Positions 12,064 to 26,210 are shown, numbered from the stretch's first letter. The stretch: 64,000 bases of DNA from Heteronotia binoei (GCF_032191835.1 NC_083227.1:76508001-76572000); one strand, 5' to 3'. The notes: a model not told the origin generated them from the letters alone. Numbers and translations: made by a program.

Positions 12064-13527
12064 CATCTGTGTGGTCTGCCAAAGTTTTCTGAATTGAGCA
12101 TGCAGTTTTCTTGTTTTCTTTTTTTAAAAAGTTTTCAAAGATTTTATTGGTTAACTATATTGACAATACAGAATAGATATAAGGAGAAATATTTTAACAA
12201 CCTGCAATATAAATTACTGAGCAAGCATGCAGTTTTCTGACAATACAAGTTCTACATTTTGAGGAAACTATGCAGACCTTGCCTGATGTGCATAACTGAT
12301 CCTCTGTTTTCTTGGGGTTTTTCTTAATGCTTTCTATTGATGTTGTTCCTTTAGTATGTTAAGAATTTACAGAGCAAAAGTAATCCCAGGGAAGCTTTCA
12401 TTGCTTAGAATGAATGAACTGTGTTCAGTGAAGTAGTGACTTGTCCATCATGGTAAGACCACAGATCTTTCAGAATGCAATGATGTGTTAAGGCTTCATA
12501 CTCTGCAATCTAGTTTTTTCTGCCACTTAGCAAAAGAAGATGTGGATTATGGTATCCATGTGCTGGATAATTTCAGATAGTGCCCAGCAATGGGACATGG
12601 CAAAATTGCAGGTGGTCATTAAGCATATCACGTTTTCTTTTACTCTGTAACTTATGGAGCAATTTTAAAAAGTGTGCTATAAAATATGATGTATTAAAAT
12701 TAATAGAAAGAAATAACATCATTTTAAATTTAAAGAAATAGCATTCAGGACGTTAACATATAGAAAAAGACCTAACAAAAATGCCTCACAGTTGGAAAAT
12801 GAAATAATAACATACTGCAATGTTATGGCAATATTCATAGATGTGCCTGCTTATGCAGGCTGTAGGGTTTTAAAGGGGCAGTATGATATTAGCATATGAC
12901 AGGCATTCTGGGTAGTTTAGAAATAGTACAGGAGAGGTATTCTGGACACCGAAAGATCATTCAGGGTCATAGAAAAAGGAGAAGGCTTGGTACAGACAAG
13001 CTGAAGCTGACAATGGGCAATTTATTTCTTCCCTTTCTGATAAATATGCATGTTATATAAATAATATATCATGCATAACCTGGTAGCTAAATAAATAATG
13101 GTCTGTGTACAGCATGTGAGCTGATCTGCTTTTCTCCTCCCTTTTGAGCAGTGAGGAAAATTGATGAGCCAGTACAGGCTGCTCTTATGTGCTGGCATAT
13201 CCCTCATAGTCATGCTCAGTGCTTACAAAAAAAGAAAAAAAGAATGTGTACAAGACAATAAGACCATGTGGCCTATTAGCCCTCCTTTCCACATGACAAA
13301 CATTGCACAAGATATCTCTCACAGTCTACTATTGTGGCATTGCATTTACCCAAAATATTTAAAGCTTTGGGTATGGAGAGATATTGTTTTAGGTACTGGG
13401 ATGCCCTACCTGTTCCTTTCCTATCTGTACGTTATGGCACATAAACAAAATAGTAGAACAGAATATTGAAAAGTTACACTGAATTGTTCATCTCTGTGTG
13501 CTTATATTCATACTTATATTCTTAGCG

Positions 13528-14008
13528 TAAGGTTGCCAATACTCAGTTGGGAGCAGGTAATCCCCTAGTTTGAAGGCCCTCCCCCCACTTCAGGGTCATC
13601 AGAAAGCAGGGATGGGAGAAGGAAATGCCTGCTGGGCACTCCATTATACCGTATGGAAACCAATTCTCATAGGATATAATGGAGAATTAATCCATGGGTA
13701 TCTGGGGCTCTTGGGGGCTGTGTTTTGAGGTAGATGCACCAATTTTTCAGCATAGCATCTGGTGCATCTCCTCAAAACACTCCCCAAGTTTCAAAAAGGT
13801 TAGGCTAAGGGGTCTAATTCTATGAACCTCAAAAGAAGGTGCCCCTATCCTTCATTATTTCCAAATGGAGGGATTTAAAAGGCCTGCAGTCACTTTAAAT
13901 GTGATGACCAGAACTCCCTTCTGAGTTCAGTTGTGCTTGTCATACTCTTGCTCCCGGCTCCACCCCTGAAGTCCCCAGATATTTCTTGAGTCAGACCTGG
14001 CAGCCCTA
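13528..14008. mobile_element. hAT-like non-autonomous DNA element (taaggttgcc...ggcagcccta)
   Basis: Terminal inverted repeats, imperfect 8-bp TSD tcttagcg/tcttagaa, homologous to 40144-40647. Confidence 0.75.
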
Positions 14009-15798
14009 TCTTAGAAAGCAACCCAAAGCAGCTGTACTTGGAAGAAAGGCCCATTTTAATAGTGCTTACTTACAGAGAAATAATCTTAGGACTGCAAAGT
14101 CCCTGTATATTAAATGGTGGAATCTTATCCTTTTTCCTCATGATAAGAAGTGGCGGTAGGTTGAAATGTGAACTTTCCAGAAATGTTGAAGCTATGGGGA
14201 AAAGGAAATGGGTGGTTCCCAGAAAAAAAATTGAAAATTGAAGTATATGAAATATTTAATTTCCCATCAAACCTAAATATAAAATGCATCATTTATAACT
14301 TAGCATATAAAATAGTACAGTTTGGCATATTTATGAAATTTGAAAGTGTAAATGACTTCGTTTTCTACAAGAAAACCTGCAAATAAACCAGTACAAGAAA
14401 GTGTGCTATAGATTGCTATACCATACTTTAGAACATGTATCTTAATTTTTGTCATCTGTGAGGTAAGAAAGATAATATTAGAAATTAGAAAACAAACGTG
14501 GTAGCAAACAAAAAGTGTAGTTTTTGTACACATCATGAGAGTTCCTCCCTGCCAATGGGTAAGAACAGCAGCCCAGACCTAAGCTTTCTCTTTGGTGGGC
14601 CCCACCTTGTGGCATCACCCTTCTGCCATTCTGCAAATTATGTAACACAGAATTGCTCTGGAGGGCATTTCTATAAAGGGGATAGGGCTGTTTTATAATG
14701 GAATGGTTCAGGAAGGTGCTGTTATAAACAAGAGAAATGTAGAACATCACACACATAGTTTACAAGGTATGTATTACTTGCTTTTGCTGTCATGTCTTCT
14801 ACTTCTGTAATCCATTTTCTGCATTGTTTAAAGTATGTAATATTTTAGACTTTTTTCTGCATTATCTTCTGTAATCATAGTCCTGTTGCATTGTTTACTG
14901 GATGTCTTATGCTGCCTTTTTCCTTTCGCTTATCCAACAAAAGCTCTGTAACTCAATGCCTTGAGCAGTATAACAATCTGTAATTTCATTCATAATCTCT
15001 ATTCGTTTCCCAAAACAGAATAAAAAGGGGTTTTGCAACATCTAAGGTTATATTAGGATTTCGATCTGAGAGTAGGAAGGGAACCACCCTGCTTGGATTA
15101 AAATCATTGACATTCACCAGCCATGGTAGAATGAAACGGCATTTTAAGATTAGAATATAGGGAGCATTCCAATAAAATATGAGAAACTGAATCTATTTTA
15201 CCAAAGGAGCAAGAGCAAATTCTTTCAGAGTAGGGAAGATGCAAAAAGTGGCCTCTCATAACCACTGTTGAATGGACATTCATTCTAGCAAGCCCTGAGG
15301 AGACCAGGTGAGGTCAGATGATAAGTATAGGAGGGAAGAGAATCATAGGAAAGTATTCTAAAAAACTGTGAATAATAAACTTGTAAAGTAAAAAGAATGT
15401 AATCAATCTGCCTGATTCATTTTTAATTTTAATTACTGATTCAGCGAGCCCCAATTCCTTGAAAGATTCAGTGGTAAAACCAATAGTCGGCTATTTCTTG
15501 TCCATTTTCCTAAGCCATGATGATTTATAAGAATCCTCCTTCAATAAGGCCAGATGGCCATTGCCACAGAAAAGTAACTTTAAATGCTGGATTAAATGCA
15601 GGTACCCATGCCCAGACTTCTAATGATGGCTGACTAAATTCAGTATGCAAAGTCACACCAGCAGCACAGCATGGTATATTTTGCAGCTTTCTAAGGAAGT
15701 AAAGAAGTGGGAAGTCAATAGATTCAATGACCACCTTATTGCCACCCCATATAAAATAATACGGATTACCCTTAGATTAAAAACTTGAGTAGGGGGAG

Positions 15799-15866
15799 GT
15801 GTTTGTGAGTTTCCTGCATTGTGCAGGGGGTTGGACTAGATGACCCTGGAGGTCCCTTCCAACTCT
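15799..15866 (+). mobile_element. CR1 LINE 3' terminal fragment
   Basis: ...ggggttggactagatgaccctggaggtcccttccaactct is the typical CR1 3' end. Confidence 0.75.
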
Positions 15867-16666
15867 TAAGTAGACTCTGGTACATAACTCCTTCCCCCTG
15901 CTCAAAAGAAACTCAAAATACCCCTAGTACAGGGTTTGATTTTGGTTCTCACAGTTTTCTGATTTGGAGCCCAGTTTAGATAAGACACAAATAAGATTTC
16001 AAGATAAGAAAATTACTGAACTTGTTCTCATTCACCCCTCCCCTCCCCTCCCCAGGACCAATGGTGTGTTTTAGGATTCCTTTTTAAAATCAAAACCACT
16101 ACCTTGAATTTCCAGCAGTTTACTGTCCAACCTTGTTTGCAATAGTTGTAAAAGATAAAAAAGTTTTAAGGATCTCCAAACCAATACAAGTGTGGGATAA
16201 CAAGACTGCATTGTCTGCATACAGCAGAATAGAAATACCATGGTGTGCTAGATAAGGAGGATGGCAGGCTTGATCAAAATGACTTGACAGATTATTTAGG
16301 TATTTATTTATTTGTTTGATTTTTAATCCCTCCCTCCCCTGTACAGCAGACTCAGGATGGGTTACAACACAGTTAAATAGATATGGATCTTTGGATAGAT
16401 ATGGTGTAAGTTAAATTTATATGGATCCAGCAGGCAACCTTGTCTGATGCTGCGTTCAAGGCTGAATGAGTCAGACAGCTCTCCCCACCCCCCATCCACA
16501 ATGAAACTGAGCAGTAGCATCAGAATGCAAAGACTGTATTAACCATGGAAACCTTTTATCAATTGAGGTATCTTGCAGCTTCTCCCCCAATCTAGTCTGG
16601 GGAACAGAAATGAAAGCCCCCTTTAGGTTCTTATCTTATATTTTGTAGTCTGCCTTGAGACTCAGT

Positions 16667-16929
16667 GACCGATTTCGCACTCAGCTTACCCCGCGGTCAC
16701 GTTTCTCCTCTCTGCACAGCATTCGTCAGATTTCCCACTATCTGTGCTGGAGTTACAGGAAGTGTCGCGGCTTTCGTGCAATGAACGGAAACTGGTTTTT
16801 AGCGGTTTCCATTTGCTGCGTGAGAGCCGCGACGCTTCCTGTAACTCTGGCACAGATAGTGGGAAATCCGAAGGACGCTGTGCAGAGAAGAGGAACGTGA
16901 TCACGGGGTAAGCTGAGTGTGAATCGGTC
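16667..16929. mobile_element. Palindromic MITE (263 bp) with 3-bp TSD AGT, PIF/Harbinger-like
   Basis: The left half is a near-perfect reverse complement of the right half; agt flanks both ends (16664-16666 and 16930-16932). The superfamily is inferred only from TSD length. Confidence 0.8.
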
Positions 16930-17164
16930 AGTGAGAAAACTGGGCTATAAATCAAACAAACAGCAGTGCAGTCACAGTAGGATTACAAGCATATTTGGAT
17001 GTCGAGTTGCACATTATACAACTGATCAAACTGAACTCTTCAAAATATATTATCAAACACCTTATAGCATATTAATTGCTGCCATAATTATTCCCATTTA
17101 ACAATAAACACATCCTGAAGATGCATTGTAAATTTCTACTAAGGTTGCTCACCCGATCTGGATA

Positions 17165-17260
17165 GCCCAGGCTAGCCTAATCTTGTCAGATCTCAAAAGC
17201 AGTGCAGGATTGGCCCTGTTTAGCATTTGGATGGGAGACCACCAAGAAAGTCCAGGGTTT
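17165..17260 (+). mobile_element. 5S rRNA-derived SINE-like fragment
   Basis: tcttgtcagatctc...ggccctgtttagcatttggatgggagacc resembles the 5S rRNA internal promoter region (gatctcggaagctaagcagggtcgggcctggttagtacttggatgggagacc); degenerate and partial. Confidence 0.6.
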
Positions 17261-19859
17261 TGCTACACAATATGGATGGAGACAGTCCTTCAGGTCCTGA
17301 GCTATTCAGGGCGTTAAAGATAAGAAACAATGAGTTTAGAAGAGTGTGGCTTCTTTAGGATTCTACTGCCAGTGTCTGAGATACATTGTAAGGTCACAAT
17401 GTAAAGTAAATCCCATAGGTAGCCTAGGACTACTTATCATTTACAAGTGATAAATAAAGAGGCGAGCTATGTAACTTCCTAGTCTGGCTTTTGAGTATAT
17501 GGCAGAACACTTCCTTTTTTTTAAAAAAAAAGACAGTTTGAGTTTTCAATTGCACATGATTTTTGGTGCTTCATATCATAGAACGACAAATTTGACCTAC
17601 CAAATTTGGCATCCAGTTGCAGCTTTTCTCAGTAGAATAGTGATGAACCCAATTCAGTCTATTTTAGGCTCCTCAAATATCTGCAGGTGTTTGGCTGGAA
17701 GGACCAGTTGATGGCTGGTTGACAAATTGCCGAACAGCCATTTCATTAACAAAGAACTTTGAACACTTCAAACAAGACGGAAATGGGAATTAATGTCTGA
17801 CTGTTCATATTCTACATTCTTGGAATCCACAGCTGAATGACATGTTTCCAGTTTGAAGTATATCCAGATATTTTGATGGATATTCATGTGAATGTTCATT
17901 TGCAGTCTACATAAAACTGCAGGATGTATCATGACCAGTGTGGATCTCTTTTGATTCCCATGTGAATACAGGTTTGTAGACTGCGCCTTTTAATAATAAA
18001 CAATATAGATTATATGGATAGATAATGATAGCATTAGTTACAGATGAATATAGAGATATCTACTGCTTGACCTTAGGCCCCTAAATCAATATTTGGCATG
18101 AAAATAAATGGACTAGTTTTACAAAGTGCTGAGCACACAAGTGCTATCAGTAAAGTCAATGAAAACTATTGGATACTCAGCACATTGAGACTAAGTACTT
18201 ATTTAGTTCTTGATTATGGTTGTGGGAGCCTAATTTTTTAGATTAGGTTGTTTAATTTTGGCTCATCCTGAGCAGGCTGTAAAACTGGCAGTGGGCATCC
18301 ATAAGACAGCACTGGGTTTTCCTGATGTTCTTGGGTCAGTGCTGGTTCAGTTCACCTAATGGTACAACTTGCCCTGTGGGTACAGCGCTTTACTGTGCCA
18401 ACCTAAACAGAGTTACATCCATCTAAATCCACTGACTTCAATGGAAACAGGAAAGTATTATTCTGGCCCTGTTCTAGATACTGTTCCAATGCATTTGATT
18501 CCCACAATACTCATGGGTAAGGTGCTTCATTATACCATCTTCCGTGACACCTTCGAAGAGCAGAATTTCAAGCCCTAACCAAAAACTGAGATGAGAATAC
18601 ATGTAAAGCTGTCCGGAGTTGACAGAAGCTCCCCTGCCTTACTTTATAAACCCTCCCAAAGAATATGGATCCTGATTAAATGAAAAGCAGAAATTTGTGC
18701 CATACAAATAAGCTTATCTTTGTGTCACTTCACCCTCTCCCCGTGGTTTTGGTTCTCCTTCTGAATTTTGTTTCGGAATCTTTACTGTACTGACTGACTT
18801 ACATCCCAGGCTGACAAGGCTAACAGACACTTTAAATATTAATGCTTTTTTAAAAAAACTAATCACATTAGTAATACAGTCCCTGCCACTTAAGAGTAAT
18901 CTAGGCATCGTGGCATAGCAAGAGACATTCACTTTCTCCTCAGAAAGCCATAATTCTTTAAAGAAGCATAGACAATATGTTGCACTTGTCTGATATCTCC
19001 TAGTGAACATTCTCTGCTGATGACTGTGCCATGGGGAAATTGAAAGCTCTTTTCCCCCCTAGGAAATATATAAAGTTTCTGTCTATTAAGGACATGTCAG
19101 GAATTTGACAGACTTGCAAGAAATGGACTATACTATGGCCTGTATTCATGGCCATGGTGGCTTTCAACCTTTCTACCTTCCAGAAAGTTTTCCCTGTGTG
19201 TATGAGTCTGCTAAAGAAATATGTATGGGGCCGGTGCCTCATCTCCTGATTAGTCCTGGTTAGTTGCCAGGACTCAGGGCTTCTGGGAGGACCTACTGTC
19301 AATTAGCATGCAACTCATCTTCTGCCTGCCCGCTCTTCTACTTGCTTTCTTGCAAGTTCTGTGCCATACGTGCTCCCAGCTGCACACACTGCACAGCATT
19401 GTCAGGGACTGAGTATGTGGGTGGTGCAGGCATCTGTGGGTACAGGTGGTGAAAGGGCTCATGACAGGGTCGGGGGAAGATTGCATAGGCATGTGGGTCA
19501 GTGGGTGGGAAAGGAGGCATCAGAGAGAGGGTATGCAGAGGAATGGAGGCAGACCTTGGGCATTCTCTACCCACAGCCTCCCAAAATCTGGAACTTGCAA
19601 CACAGTTTTGGAAAACAGTCTGTTAAGACAAACAGCAGTCACAGAAATGAATCCTCTTTTGGAGGATGTTTCTTCATGGACATGCAGCCATGAGAAGTGG
19701 CCAGATTTTGTGCAGCTGTTATTGCAATTCTGTATTAAAGGATTACACTTGCTCATTTTAATATAATTTATGTAACTTTTTAATGTATAATTAAAAGTTT
19801 GTTGCTATTGATGCAGCTAAAGCTGTAAAGGCTAGGCTGAAACTCAAAGCAGACTGCAG

Positions 19860-19926
19860 ATCCCGCCCTGAGCCATTCGTGGGAAGGGCGGGATATAAAT
19901 CCCAAATAAATAAATAAATAAATAAA
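19860..19926 (+). mobile_element. L2 LINE 3' tail with (TAAA)n
   Basis: ccgccctgagcc...gggcgggatataaat...(taaa)n, the same terminus as the L2 copies at 46660 and 49490. Confidence 0.6.
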
Positions 19927-20399
19927 TCAAAACATTGAGCTGAAGGCTACATAGGCTGAAGGCTGTACAGACATTCTATACATGTCTGACTTACAACGTG
20001 ATCTTGAAGGCTAGTATGTAGTGCCCTCCTTTTAAAGGAATCTTAATTGGACTGTATCGTATAAAAACAGTGCATATTTGGTGTGTTATGTATAGGGACC
20101 TTTATGTTCTATTATGTAATGACTAAATGCTATATTTGCCAAAGATACACTGTCTATGACTCAGTGAGAGTTTCTAGGATATAAATTACAGCTATAGTGC
20201 TTTAATAAGCACTTAGGTACTTTTGTGGTAGCACATAAGAGTTTTTCATGAGATATTAGGTTTAATAGTATTATCATAATAAATTTATATTAGTTTTATT
20301 TGTTCATTGTTTAGTTATTTTCATGGAATTTTTCTTCATATGCCTTGCCTTATATCTGTGATTCTCTTGTTTTTTGTGAGCCTCCATGTGGTGACTGAA

Positions 20400-20560
20400 G
20401 ATCTCTAGGTGACAAAAAAAGTTAATCTGGAGAAAATGGCTGTTTTGCAAGTTGGAGTCTATGGTATTATATGCCATTGAAGTCCTGCCCCTCCCCAAAC
20501 CCCACTCTCCTCAGGCTCAAAATCTCCAGGTCTTTCCCAACCTAGAGCTAGCAACCCTAC
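20400..20560. mobile_element. Short tagggttgcc-family MITE copy
   Basis: ctggagaaaatggctg...aaatctccagg...ggcaacccta-like terminus shared with other copies in the window. Confidence 0.55.
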
Positions 20561-23429
20561 TTCCTACTTTTGCAAGGTGTTCAAAGTTTATAAATGCTTA
20601 AAATGACAAATAATCCGCATCATTCATACACAAAAAAACCCAACCAGTCTCATTAGCATTAGAAAACCCCCCCACAAACTCTGCAAATGGAGGCCTAGAA
20701 TTTTTAACAAAGGCCTTAACTTGATCTTTGAGTCCTCTGTCCCTCAAGCAAAAGACTCTCGGTTCAGTAGGAACAGATTCCCCACATACTCTGAGGGATT
20801 TCCAGCATGACGAACACATGAGTATGTCAGCAGCCACAGATCAGATCCATGAACTCTTAAGACGTTTCACCCAGAAGGGTAGATAAATAACATGACATTT
20901 TAATAGCCTTTGGAAACGTTAGTCAGAAACCTGTGAAGAATTGGGGCTTAGACAGTATTTTAGAAAGCTAATATTTGTAGCTTGGTGGTCTTAGCCACCC
21001 AGAATCTTTCTCTTCTTTTGGTAGCTGGGAATTTATAGTATGACTCATGGAGATAAAACAAGCTAAGGCTCCACTCTCATCAAAGAGGGATTCTTGCCAT
21101 GCTATTGAAGTGTGTTCTTTTTAATTCATAGGTTGTGGATGGTTAAAACCAGCATTAATCTGTCCTGAGGGAGAATCAAGATGTAAAACTAATACAAGGC
21201 CTGATCCGGATAAACCCTTTTATCTCAGTAGGATTTGGATCAAGGCCAGAGTTTAATTTGAAGCAAGGCTCTTCAGGATAAAGTCCCAGACCCTATTTTC
21301 TCTGTGAATGCTAAGCTCTGGAATGTATTAGATCATTTTTAAAAAGACTGCATTTGAGCCTGTCCAGTTCTCAGTTCCTTTCTCTTACATTTAGCATGAA
21401 GTAGAATATGAAAAAAATATGGTGCTTGGGTCAGAATAAAGCCAGAAATAGTCTTAATATCTAAGACCATGTTGCTCTCACCTTTTAAACCATGCAGCCC
21501 TGGGCAAACCACCTTAATAAGAACTAAGAAGCCATATTAGTTGGTTAGGCTGAAAGATGGGGTTTTAGCAGAAATACACAGAGCAGAAGGCAGTCTCCAG
21601 TTGTCTGCCTGAAAGGTACCACTGAATGGATAAGGAAAAAATAGTATAATAGAGAGAAGAGGGTGAATCTTGGAAGGGACAGCAGAACCAACCATAATTT
21701 GGATGTCAGGAAGAGGAAGTAAGTTTGTTAGCTGAAGAAACAGGAGAGTTTCACTAGTGATGGCATATGGTGGAAGGGGAAAGTATGAGAGTGGAATCAA
21801 GATACATTCCCTTTCCATAATGTTAAGCAGCCTATAATACTGAGCTATTAGGAATATTAGTGATGCAAATGAACTGAGACTAAACTAAAGAAGTAGAATT
21901 GTGTGCAGAAGGCAGGAAACAGATTACTGTGTTTATATCAAAAAGTGAGAGATCAAGGAATATGTCTGTTGTGTGCTCTACCAAGAGGACATAAGAGAGA
22001 AAGATCAAAGAGGATTGGGGCAGGAGCTGTACCTGGTTCTGGGAGTCCATCTGTCTTTCCCTTGCTACTTTTCCTCCTCAAAACATTTGGTTTAATTGAG
22101 AGTACAGTAGCTATTGTAATGTGTAGGAAGGCAGACATTTCTGTGTGAACTCACTGGTCTGGTGAGCACAATGACAGAATATTCTGAGCACAGCATGCTC
22201 CATCTCATGAGCTCCTGTGCCCAGGTGGATCAACCATTGTACAATGCTGGATGACTCTAAGTGTTGAGGGATTGCACTGTAAGCAGCTACAGCTCCTGTA
22301 TCGATCAGTTGTTTGAGAATATGCCCAGTTTAACTGAACCGAAATGACATGGAAAATAAAAAGTTTTGATTGAACACCAAGCTGTGAGAAATAAACATCT
22401 CTCCCAGTGGAAATCAGAAATGTTTAATTCAGGACCCCAAGGTTCTGCTAATGGCTTACCTCCAGGAATCTTGCTGGAATGGCTTTGCAAAAACCAGAAT
22501 TGTTCCCAATAGTCTGTCTGGACCTATAAACAAAGTAGATATTTTTATTTGGCAGATTAAAATGCTTCTATTTATTTGAGCCAGCTACTCTTACTACATC
22601 CTCAGGTAATTCTAAAGAATGGTGCTGTGTGAGAGAGACGGAGATTAAGTCAGGTTAAAGAGTCACATCCTGTGATGCATGAAAAGGGCAGTCTTTAAAA
22701 TTTATATATGTATTTTCCACTGACTGACTTTATGTATCACCTTTCTACTAATGCATTCATGGCAGTTTACAATCTAAAAGAGTGAACTACCATAACAATC
22801 ATGCTACAAAAGGGAAAAGATGACTGAGGATGAAGTTAATAAGCAAATTGGAATACCAGCTATTACATAAATTTTGCCTCACTGCTATATACTGATCGAC
22901 TTAAGTACAATGGGACCCACCTCTTTGGTTAGGACTTCTAAAAATATCATTATACGTTTTTATAATGGATTGTAGTTCCTTCTGTTACCTTTTGTCATCT
23001 GTTATCTGTTTTTAAGCGTTATGCCATTTTCTAGACTTTTCTAGACGATCAAAGCCACCAAGTAATACACCGTCTTTCAGTTTGCAAAAATATATATTAT
23101 GATTGTGTATAACACATTATAAACAATACAATAATGATAGAGACCAGCGGTGCTAGGGCCTTTTAAAGTAACAGAAACTCCAAGGGGCCAAAAAAACCCA
23201 TCCCCAAGTGAATAGATACAAGTCCAAACTTGGAAATAGTCCTCCTGAAATTCACAAGGTTGATGCTCCTGAGGAGTGTAGCTTCAACATAGCCGCTTTC
23301 TTAAAAAGACGTCTCTCTAGATTTTGGTGACGTTTCAGTTCTTCAGTTTAACAGCTCAATTATTTAGGAACCCCGTTCTACATTCTCTAATCATAGCATT
23401 AAGCTTCTCGTTTCAGTGTGAACATCAGG

Positions 23430-23686
23430 CTCTTTTTATGCCATTTTCTGGCTTGGATCCAGACTGATGTTTCTGTGTGCACACAGGGATTTCTACCTGC
23501 ACAATGGGATTTTCCTGCCTTCCGCAGCCTCGAAGCCCCAAATGCCTCCTGCAATTTTGTTCTTGGCTTCCCCTTGTCCTTCAGGAACAGGATTTGGATG
23601 GTATTTCATACTATAGAAGGCAAGAAAATCACATTTGGGAGGTGGAAATGCTAGTCTGGAGTTATGCTAGGCTGGATCCAAGCCTG
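23430..23686. mobile_element. Degenerate palindromic MITE
   Basis: ggcttggatccag...ctggatccaagcc arms plus a second internal inverted pair (atgggattttcctgccttc / gaaggcaagaaaatcacat). Confidence 0.45.
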
Positions 23687-23985
23687 CTTTAATGCTGTTT
23701 TTATAATTCTTGTCCCCTCAGTAACAAAGAAATGGAGAAGTGCAACAAATCTTGGGAGATTCCATATGCTAGTGTAATATGCTACACCAAGCGTTTACAG
23801 TTTCACTTGTTATCTGTGCAGCATTGGAAAAATTTCCACCCTTATCTAGAATTATACAAAAGAGAGATCTTATGTAAGATTACTTAATGCTTACAGACAC
23901 TAGAAATGCAGAAGAGGAATTCAGTGCAGTTTGATGTATCTTCTTTTTAAATCTTTGGATTTTGCCTCCTAATAGTCAATACAAA

Positions 23986-24270
23986 CGAGCCCCGTGGCAC
24001 AGAGTGGTAAAGCTGCAGTACTGCAGTCTGCTCACGACCTGAGTTCGATCCCAGCGAAAGCTGGTTCAGGTAGCCAGCTCCAGGTTGACTCAGCCTTCCA
24101 TCCTTCCGAGGTTGGTAAAATAAGTACCCATCTTGCTGGGGAGAAAGTGTAGATGACTGGGGAAAGCAATGGCAAACCACCCTGTAAAAAGTCTGTTGTG
24201 AAAACGTGACAGCAACGTCACCCCAGAGTTGAAAACGCCTGGTGCTTGCACAGGGGACTACCTTTACCTT
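23986..24270 (+). mobile_element. Sauria SINE (Squam1-like)
   Basis: tRNA-like head, BovB-like body (aatggcaaaccac), (acctt)n tail, and a perfect 13-bp TSD tagtcaatacaaa at 23973-23985 and 24271-24283. Confidence 0.9.
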
Positions 24271-26210
24271 TAGTCAATACAAAGAAGTAATTCCTCTAGG
24301 CACTTTTCCCAGGGACTGTTCCGCTACTTGAGATGCTTTTGTCTGGGGGAGGGAGCCTTCCCATGATGCAGGATGCTCTTTCAAGTATCTTGCATCAGGG
24401 GAAGGCTTTTTCCACCACATAAACAGGCCTCTGCTAGCATAACAGGTCATGGTATCCAACCTGCTGCTTCAAATTTCATTTCTGCAGTGAACTCACTGGG
24501 AGGTATTAGGCAAGATGGTGTTTCTGAGTCTTTGCTGTGCCGCTCAGCACCTGCACTATTGGGATAACAACACTGGCTGACCTGTCATAAGTCTTATAAC
24601 AGTTAGTGAGATGATACATAGTAGCATTTTGCAGGCTTCTGGTTTGCAATATAGATTCTACTTTTATTTGTTGAAATTTAATTACAACTCAGAAATGTTT
24701 TCTCCTTTGAGCAACAGTAACAAAATATCATACTTTAATTTAAAAAGGCCTGCTGTATGAGAAGTTAGAAGTAACATTGGTAAGAGAAATCCTCCTAATG
24801 CCTCTTTACCCCATTTTGCTTTTCACTCTACACATTCTCACCAACAGGCAGTGTCTCCCCAAACCTTCCTGTCCTCCTGCTAGAGCACTATCCCGTAATC
24901 TGTAGCATAAAACCACTGCAAGCGCTGAAATTATAAAAGGGTGCATTGATTTCTCTTCAAGGAGAAATGAAAGGGAAATCCCTCTTTTAAAAGAGAAAGA
25001 AAGGAGCCTTAGCAGAATCAGTGGTTATATCTTAAGTGAATTTTTGGATAGAAATTCCTCTCCTATTAGTGCTAGTGTGAAGTAACCTTGGAGATAATAT
25101 GGATTTTAGAATAGAAATTCCTCTCCTCTTGACAGTGCTAGTGTGAAGTAATCTTGGATATAATATGACAATCCTTCATTCAGTTTCGTTTATGAAACTG
25201 TGGCATCTTCCTCTCATTTTGTGTTCCAACTATTAAAACTAAGAAGGTGGGGAAAAAAACAAGCAAGGGTTAAATTGAACAAGAATACGAATTCTCATTC
25301 ACCAGCAAGAAAGAGACAAGTCAATCGGCTACTTAAAGGAGGGAAGGAAATTTTCCTTTGGAAGTGTTAAATCTGCTTGGCCATTGTTTCTAGTACGCTT
25401 GAAAGAAAAATTAAATCTGTTCATGTGGAGGAAGTCTGATTGTTCCTCCATCCTTTCAGTTGGCCCACTGTTTGCATAGCAAATGTTACATTTCTCCATT
25501 GAAATAGGCTCAGGGAATTTTAAGCAGTTGGCTGCCATACTTTTGTCAGATATATGCCTTGCTACGTTTCCAATAACTGCCATGTACTTTCTCTTCTGAC
25601 TTCCCTCTGCTTAGCCTAGGGCAACTTGTAGAGAGCCTGAGGACAAAATGTAATCTGTAACAATGCTCACTAAGTACATTTAAAGGAGGTTACTTCCCTC
25701 ATTGTTCCTCTGTTCTTTCTGCTTTTCCTTTTCTTTGGGTATCAGCATTGAACCTAAGTCCATTCCCTATTTTAGGCATCCTACTGCTATCTCATCTTCC
25801 TTTCCTACCCATGCCAGACAAGTATTCAACTAGAGACTGGAGTTCCACATTTTCAAAGTTATACCTACACTTTAGAAGGGATGAAAACCTCCACCTATGG
25901 AGTACAGCATCAGCATTCGTGATCTGTATGCAATGTTCACAAAAGCAAGGGGAAATGTGAATTACCCTGATAACGTAGCCTTGGCATCCTTTCATTAGAG
26001 TGAATGCAGTCTATAAAACTATAAAGAGATCATCAGGTCAGGTTTAATGCCATGAAAGCTTTCACGCTGCCATTGTAATAGCATCAAATCTGAATATATG
26101 TGTTTATATCCGTACCGGCTTTGGAGCTCAGGAGATGTGCTGCGAGGAATGCAAAAACAGGGCAAAGGACAATTTTGAAAGGCCTGGCCAGAAATGCAAT
26201 CGCAAATGTT

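Noticed and set aside
13161-13469. 102-aa ORF with a signal-peptide-like start
   Set aside because: Low-complexity AT-rich composition, no matching splice architecture or family motif.
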